37,967 nt of DNA from NCBI GenBank assembly GCA_029865195.1, contig JAOUHH010000002.1, positions 1 to 37,967 of the forward strand. Reading direction: 5' to 3'. Under the pieces are notes generated by a model. The model had not been told where the DNA came from, made no database searches, and worked only from the letters and a program-made list of their open reading frames with translations. How positions within the stretch are numbered: position 1 is the stretch's first letter; each line of letters begins with the position of its first letter. Shown in pieces: positions 33,342 to 37,967 of the stretch. The position numbers and the translations under genes are program-made. The DNA is from Desulfobulbaceae bacterium (GTDB lineage: Bacteria > Desulfobacterota > Desulfobulbia > Desulfobulbales > UBA5123).

Positions 33342-35573
33342 ATGGGTACCAATTTTCATACCGCTCCAACCACCGCAACCAAGTGGAAGCCGGCCGATGT
33401 TGAGGCGTTTCTCTCCACCCTGGACCAGGCCATCACCTACGGCAAGAACGTGATTGTTCATTGTGACGGGCTGGTGACCTACAACAAGACCGGGAAATTG
33501 GCCTGGGCCTCGACGCTGCGGATCACCTTTAACCGGGCGGATGGCAAGGCGGTGCAGAACACGGTGGCGGCCGGCTCCATCACCCTGGCCGACGGGGAGT
33601 TCGCCTATCTTGACCTGAACGAGACCGACGCCACGGCGCTGACCATGGCCAAGGCAGCGGTTACCACCGGGGCGGCCAGCAATTTTATCGCCTACAACCG
33701 GCTGGTCCTGGGGTACCGCAACGCGGCATCGGATGAGTTTTTTCCGGTTAACCTGCATCTGGCCATCGAGCCGGGGTTTAACGACGATTTCGACGAAGAT
33801 CCGGTCACCACCACCGGGTTGACCTGGGGGTATAAGGCGGGACTGTTCCGTAACGACAACGCGGTTTACAGCAAGGCCGCCGGGACGGTGGCGCTCACCG
33901 ACGCCGCCACCAACTACGTGGAGATCGATGTCTCCACCCAGACCCTGGTGAAGAACACCACCGGGTTTACCGCCGGTGATATCCCGATCCGGGAGGTTGT
34001 GTGCGCAGGCGGGGCGCAGACCGGCAGCGCGGATAAGCGGACGGCGCTGAATGTGGGCGGTGCTGGCGGGGCATCGACCTTTCTAGGCCTGACCGACACC
34101 CCGGGGAGTTACGCCGGCCAGGCCGGCAAGGTTCCGGTGGTAAACACTGGGGAAACGGCGCTTGAGTTTGTGGGTGTTCCCAGTGCCGTCGCCAAGGCTT
34201 ACCCGGATTTCCTGACCTCGGCAAAGGCTGCGGCCGACTCCGGCGACGACGAGTTTGCTGCAGCATCGCTCACCGGCTGGACGGCGGTGGCTGGTTCTTC
34301 CGGCACTGTCAACTTTTTGGGCGCCGCCGATGTCGGCATCTATGACCTGGCCACCCGGGCCGGCACGTTGTTGATCCAGGCCCGGAACAACAACGTGCAG
34401 CTCCGCAAGGACTTCGAGATCCCGGACGGGGCTTGCGAGATCATGCCGGTGAGTTTGACGGCGCTGTTAGAGTCCACCGGCAGCGGGGTCGGGATCGCCG
34501 ACAATGAGCTGAACATCGGCCTCTACCTCAACGACAACGACATCTCGCCCACCAGCGGTAATTATGCAGCCCTGTTGATGGACTGCGCCGCTTCGGCAAT
34601 CCAGCTGCTGGCCATCGACAACACCAGCCAGCGCGGCACCACCGGCGTTACCACCGACGTGCTCAATGTGCCGCTGGGGCAAACGGTGTTTTTGCGGATA
34701 ACCCGCAGCGGCACCACCTACTACTACCATTACAGCCTGGACGGCCGGGGCTGGGTGGCCATGGGCAAGAGCGCCATCGGCTCGGCGCTGACCAACATCT
34801 GGATCGGCGTGACCGCCTCGGCCGGTTTTACCGACCCGGTGCCCATCATCTCGATCCCCTGGGTGCGCCAGGGGTTGAGCAGCCTCGACCCTTGGCCGTG
34901 GACTGCGGCCAGCGAGGCGCTGCTGGCGCCGCTCAATTTCAACGCCCGCACCGGCGGCGCCTTTGGCGCCCTGGACAGCTACAACACCACCGGCATGGCC
35001 AATGGTCAGCCGGCGCAGGTGAGAGATTCGCTGGGGGTGCATGACTACCGCTTCAACTCCACCTCGACGGACACAGAGGACGGATTGTTGCGGGTGGCTC
35101 CTGATACCGGCAGCGGCCGGTGGCATCTGGTGGGGACGACTACTCATATCGGTGCTCTTGTTTCCAAGGTAAGTGCTAATCAATCAATTACCATTGGAAC
35201 ATTCACCCCTGTAACATTCAACACCGAGAATGAAGATGTTGGGGGATTTTGGGTCGTCGGTTCTCCATCAAGACTTACAATACCAAAAGGTGTAACCCGT
35301 GTGAAGATGGAGGCAAACGTTGCATGGGCAACCGGGGGAACAGCCTATGTGATAATGACTATATACAAGAATGGGACGGCCTTATCTCCAACACCGTGGC
35401 AACGAGATTATGCAGTTGGAGAGGACGAGCACAACATCTCGACATATGAAATACCTGTAGTGGCCGGAGACTATCTTGAGTTAGTAGTGTATGTGACAGT
35501 AACAAAAAATGTTGTTGGGTCTGCCGCCCCAACCAGAACATGGATGTCAATAAACGCAATTGAATTTGCCTAG
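33342..35573 (+). CDS. Tail fibre / receptor-binding protein (743 aa) with a low-GC C-terminal knob
   Basis: Conserved fibre motif FLGLTDTPGSYAGQAGKVPVVNTGETALEF. The last ~135 aa are encoded by visibly AT-richer DNA (about 35150-35573). Confidence 0.8.
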   Translation: MGTNFHTAPTTATKWKPADVEAFLSTLDQAITYGKNVIVHCDGLVTYNKTGKLAWASTLRITFNRADGKAVQNTVAAGSITLADGEFAYLDLNETDATALTMAKAAVTTGAASNFIAYNRLVLGYRNAASDEFFPVNLHLAIEPGFNDDFDEDPVTTTGLTWGYKAGLFRNDNAVYSKAAGTVALTDAATNYVEIDVSTQTLVKNTTGFTAGDIPIREVVCAGGAQTGSADKRTALNVGGAGGASTFLGLTDTPGSYAGQAGKVPVVNTGETALEFVGVPSAVAKAYPDFLTSAKAAADSGDDEFAAASLTGWTAVAGSSGTVNFLGAADVGIYDLATRAGTLLIQARNNNVQLRKDFEIPDGACEIMPVSLTALLESTGSGVGIADNELNIGLYLNDNDISPTSGNYAALLMDCAASAIQLLAIDNTSQRGTTGVTTDVLNVPLGQTVFLRITRSGTTYYYHYSLDGRGWVAMGKSAIGSALTNIWIGVTASAGFTDPVPIISIPWVRQGLSSLDPWPWTAASEALLAPLNFNARTGGAFGALDSYNTTGMANGQPAQVRDSLGVHDYRFNSTSTDTEDGLLRVAPDTGSGRWHLVGTTTHIGALVSKVSANQSITIGTFTPVTFNTENEDVGGFWVVGSPSRLTIPKGVTRVKMEANVAWATGGTAYVIMTIYKNGTALSPTPWQRDYAVGEDEHNISTYEIPVVAGDYLELVVYVTVTKNVVGSAAPTRTWMSINAIEFA

Positions 35574-35605
35574 ACGATAAGCCTTACAACAAAGGAGCCG
35601 CCCTC

Positions 35606-36037
35606 ATGGACAAGATACAGATGGTCATCGCTGCAATAGGCCTGTTGTTGGCCATCATCACCGCCGGTGGCGGCTACCTGGGCGGCCGGTTCCACGCCGC
35701 CAGAAAGGCCGGGGCGGCCCAGGCTTTGAGCGAGGCGGCGGTGGCGAGGCTTGGCGAGCTGGTCGCCCGGGTTGACACCACGGTTTTTGACGCCGACCGG
35801 CTGCCACGGTTCGTCACCCGCACCGATTGCGACCAGTCGAAAAGAGACTATCGGACCAGGGTGTGTGCAAAGCTCGACGACATCAAGGGCGACCTGGCCA
35901 CCAAGCATCTTGAGATCACCGGAGCGCTCTCGTCGCACCACCAGGAGAACGGCGAGGCGTTTAAGCGGTTGTTTGACTGGCAGCTCGGGATAGAGAAGCG
36001 AGTGGGCGGACTGGAGGCTAAAAACGAGGGAGGGTGA
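35606..36037 (+). CDS. N-terminally anchored coiled-coil protein (i-spanin-like or holin-associated)
   Basis: AAAGGAG SD upstream. TM segment MVIAAIGLLLAIITAGGGYL, then a charged helical region. Confidence 0.6.
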   Translation: MDKIQMVIAAIGLLLAIITAGGGYLGGRFHAARKAGAAQALSEAAVARLGELVARVDTTVFDADRLPRFVTRTDCDQSKRDYRTRVCAKLDDIKGDLATKHLEITGALSSHHQENGEAFKRLFDWQLGIEKRVGGLEAKNEGG

Positions 36038-36041
36038 CGCC

Positions 36042-36266
36042 ATGTTTAAGCTGGTGCGGGACACGGACCGATGTGTGCAATGCGGCAACTGCGACATCCT
36101 GAGCCGCCCGACGGCTCTGCCCGGCTACCTGACGCCACGGCTGATGCGGGAGAGCAGCTCGGTGCTAATCTCCCCGGCCAGCCTGGAGACGCACCGCGGC
36201 CGGATCGAGACGGCAATCGAGCGCTGCCACATGGAGGCGCTGAGTTTGGAGGGGGTGGAGGGATGA
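36042..36266 (+). CDS. Hypothetical protein (74 aa) with a CxxCxxC motif
   Basis: CVQCGNCD motif. ATGA overlap with the downstream peptidase gene. Confidence 0.5.
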   Translation: MFKLVRDTDRCVQCGNCDILSRPTALPGYLTPRLMRESSSVLISPASLETHRGRIETAIERCHMEALSLEGVEG

Positions 36267-36661
36267 TATCGCCAACCGGCAAGACCAGTGTGCGGAGCGA
36301 CTCGAAGGGCGACGGGCACTACGGGTCTCCCCGTGGTGCCAGGATGCACGACGGCACCGATTATCCGTGCATACCAGGGCAGCAGGTGGTGGCGCCAATT
36401 GCCGGCACGGTGTCGCGCGAGGCTGTGCCGTATGCCGATGACCCAAAATACCGCGGCCTGGTCATCCAGGGCAAACACGCCCGGGTGAAGCTGTTTTACC
36501 TGCTGCCGGCTAAGGGGATTGTCGGCAAAAGCGTTGCCGAAGGGCAGGTAATAGGCACGGCCCAGGACATCTCGGCCAAGTACGGCAAGGAGATGACGCC
36601 ACACATCCACCTGCAGGTGGAGAGCTACGACCCGGAGTTGCTGATCGGATATCCAGGGTGA
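36263..36661 (+). CDS. M23-family metallopeptidase (likely endolysin, 132 aa)
   Basis: ATG at 36263 follows GGAGGG. HDGTDY (HxxxD) and PHIHLQV (HxH) are LytM/M23 signatures. Confidence 0.85.
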   Translation: MISPTGKTSVRSDSKGDGHYGSPRGARMHDGTDYPCIPGQQVVAPIAGTVSREAVPYADDPKYRGLVIQGKHARVKLFYLLPAKGIVGKSVAEGQVIGTAQDISAKYGKEMTPHIHLQVESYDPELLIGYPG

Positions 36662-37413
36662 CCCTGCGTTGTCATGGCGGCTGCTGCGAGCTGTGCGCCG
36701 ATGATGTCTGGGAAGAGTGCCACCCGGGAGGGTGGGAGACAAGAGGGGGTGGGGGTGTGAACGAGATATCACGCTGTGCGACGTTGTCGTTGCTTGCTTA
36801 CAGCCATGCCAATTACTCGGTGGCATCCACCTCCACCCAGGCTATTGCCGTTGACGGGGCGCTCGCTTTTCGCGGCACCCATGAGTTGGCCGACTGGCTC
36901 ACCGATGCCGATTGCCGCTTGGTGGCGGCTCCGTTCGGCATGGTGCATGCCGGGTTCTGGCGGGCGTATCAGTCAATTGCGCCACTGCTGCCGGCGGCCG
37001 AGGTGATAACCGGCCATTCCCTCGGCGGGGCGCTGGCCCTGCTGTGCGGACTCGACCGGCTGCACCGGGGTGAGGACGTGCGGGTGGTCACCTTTGGCCA
37101 GCCTCGGGCTTTGGGCCTCTGCACCGCTCAGGCCATGCGCCACCGGTTTGGCGACTGGGTGACGCGGTGCGTGCACAACAATGACGTGGTGCCAAGGGTG
37201 CCCACCAGGCTGATGGGTTACGGCCACATGGGCCGGCTGGTGTATTTTGACCGTCACGGCCTGCACCGCCCCGGCATTACCTGGTCGGAGCTTTTGCGCG
37301 ACCGGGTGGCCGGCAGGATAGAGGCAGTTTTGGAGCGTGGCACCGACGGCATCCGCGACCACGACCTGGCGCGTTACGCCTGGTGCGCGGCCAGGATGGA
37401 GGCAAGGTCATGA
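36658..37413 (+). CDS. Class-3 lipase / alpha-beta hydrolase
   Basis: Nucleophile elbow ITGHSLGGALALL, then VVTFGQPR and NNDVVPRVP (Asp), with a later His. The start may instead be the GTG at 36757, preceded by AGAGGGGG. Confidence 0.8.
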   Translation: MTLRCHGGCCELCADDVWEECHPGGWETRGGGGVNEISRCATLSLLAYSHANYSVASTSTQAIAVDGALAFRGTHELADWLTDADCRLVAAPFGMVHAGFWRAYQSIAPLLPAAEVITGHSLGGALALLCGLDRLHRGEDVRVVTFGQPRALGLCTAQAMRHRFGDWVTRCVHNNDVVPRVPTRLMGYGHMGRLVYFDRHGLHRPGITWSELLRDRVAGRIEAVLERGTDGIRDHDLARYAWCAARMEARS

Positions 37414-37481
37414 GTTGCCCGCAATGCGGCAGCCAGTGGGACGGGAGGCACTGCCCTGCCTGCGGCTACGAGGAGTGCTGA
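37410..37481 (+). CDS. 23-aa zinc-ribbon mini-ORF
   Basis: ATGA overlap with the lipase stop. MSCPQCGSQWDGRHCPACGYEEC has two CxxC pairs. Confidence 0.4.
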   Translation: MSCPQCGSQWDGRHCPACGYEEC

Positions 37482-37532
37482 AACTGATAAGCCTCCGCGG
37501 GCCGGAGGCGCAGATGATAAAGAGGTGTATCC

Positions 37533-37700
37533 ATGATTGATTGGTTGCTCAACCACTGGCAGGACATCTTGACCGCCATCTCCGGCGTGGTGACCGCAGC
37601 AAGCATTATCGTGAAGCTCACCCCAACCCCTGCCGACGACGCGGCCCTGGCCAGGGTGTTGCGGCTGCTCGACCTGCTGGCGCTGAACCCTAAACGGTGA
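37533..37700 (+). CDS. Small single-TM protein (55 aa), holin-like candidate
   Basis: AAGAGG lies 8 nt upstream. TM segment ILTAISGVVTAASIIV, then TPTPADDAALARVLRLLDLLALN, a motif I recall from small phage membrane proteins. Confidence 0.6.
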   Translation: MIDWLLNHWQDILTAISGVVTAASIIVKLTPTPADDAALARVLRLLDLLALNPKR

Positions 37701-37707
37701 CGGTCCG

Positions 37708-37766
37708 ATTTACCAAAAATTTACCGTCGCAGACCACAAACCACCCATAATTTACCAAGATTTACC
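37708..37766 (+). repeat. Four direct ATTTACC repeats: candidate integrase arm-type sites
   Basis: Copies at 37708-37714, 37719-37725, 37750-37756 and 37760-37766, in pairs 10-11 bp apart. A fifth copy lies on the other side of the core at 100-106. Confidence 0.6.
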
Positions 37767-37799
37767 GCCCAAAAACAGCCAATCAACCCACAAAAAAGA

Positions 37800-37835
37800 A
37801 GAGGGAAACCAACCGCAACAGGCTGATTTCCCTCT
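37800..37835 (-). terminator. Hairpin terminator immediately downstream of the tRNA fragment (possibly bidirectional)
   Basis: AGAGGGAAA (37800-37808) pairs with TTTCCCTCT (37827-37835), with an 18-nt loop. The minus strand continues TCTTTTTT and the plus strand continues ATTATTTT. Confidence 0.5.
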
Positions 37836-37840
37836 ATTAT

Positions 37841-37967
37841 TTTCGTGGTGACCCCAAGGGGACTCGAACCCCTGTTACCGGCGTGAGAGGCCTATTGCAT
37901 TACAATAATATCAGCCACTTATAGGCATCGTTACCACTCATTTACCATCTGACATGAACGGGAAACG
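37841..37967. repeat. Terminal direct repeat, copy 2 (identical to 1-127)
   Basis: Same 127-nt string as the window start. A length of 127 equals a common maximal assembler k-mer. Confidence 0.95.
37846..37892 (-). other. Second (overlap) copy of the tRNA-Glu 3' fragment / attP core
   Basis: Identical to 6-52 because it lies inside the terminal overlap. Confidence 0.75.

Larger units (their letters stand above)
1..37840. mobile_element. Complete temperate tailed-phage genome (HK97-like head module, long non-contractile tail). One unit is 37,840 bp; the window is the unit plus a 127-bp overlap
   Basis: The modules follow a full phage order: int/attP, CI-Ner switch, replication, accessory block, HNH-TerS-TerL-portal-protease-capsid, connectors, tail, lysis. 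Bases 1-127 equal 37841-37967. Confidence 0.85.

Noticed and set aside
35751-35993. Embedded o-spanin (Rz1-like) ORF inside the i-spanin-like gene
   Set aside because: The 80-aa alternative-frame ORF is Pro/Arg-rich, but it lacks a hydrophobic signal sequence and has no proper lipobox (PTGC preceded by a polar sequence).
36042-36266. Ferredoxin-type 4Fe-4S protein
   Set aside because: Only one CxxCxxC triplet is present, with no second cluster motif or following Cys-Pro. That is too little to call.
1-37967. Terminal repeats as attL/attR of an integrated prophage with host flanks
   Set aside because: The repeat fills the window ends exactly and extends 75 nt beyond the tRNA-derived core into the int coding sequence. 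No host genes are present. A circular-assembly overlap explains it better.
1-37967. CRISPR arrays, rRNA, complete tRNAs, reverse transcriptase (retron/DGR), transposases or IS elements
   Set aside because: No spaced identical repeats, RT motifs (YxDD), DDE signatures or full cloverleaf sequences were found while reading both strands.

Overview
The window is one complete temperate tailed-phage genome that closes on itself. Bases 1-127 are identical to 37841-37967, so the unit is 37,840 bp. This is most simply a circular-assembly overlap, not attL/attR. GC is high (about 60% by eye) with several clearly AT-richer islands. Gene order: (1) attP, made of the 3' part of a tRNA-Glu(CUC) gene, a terminator hairpin and ATTTACC arm repeats, next to a tyrosine integrase; (2) a leftward lysogeny operon with a 186-type CI repressor, a 104-aa ORF and a tight three-gene cassette (161-aa unknown, TerB-like/BRCT protein, small membrane protein); (3) a Ner/Cro-like gene, a convergent low-GC lipoprotein moron and a hairpin-dense regulatory interval; (4) early and replication genes, including an initiator with six internal iterons and DnaB; (5) an accessory block with a LapG/BTLCP-like cysteine protease, a low-GC membrane ORF, a FimB-sized tyrosine recombinase plus an excisionase-type HTH, a PP-loop (PAPS-reductase-like) enzyme and an integron-type (IntI-like) integrase; (6) an HK97-like morphogenesis block: HNH, TerS, TerL, portal, ClpP-type protease, major capsid, connectors, tail tube, G/G-T chaperone with an A_AAA_AAC -1 frameshift site, 820-aa tape measure, a 1235-aa Asp-box tail-tip protein and a fibre; (7) a lysis block with an M23 peptidase and a class-3 lipase. 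No rRNA, complete tRNA, CRISPR array, reverse transcriptase or transposase was seen. The best candidates for undescribed biology are the lysogen-expressed TerB-BRCT cassette between int and cI (possible defence or exclusion system), the IntI-type integrase translationally coupled into the packaging operon (three intact tyrosine recombinases in one small phage), and the lipase-containing lysis cassette. All functions are motif-level calls made by eye; no searches were run.
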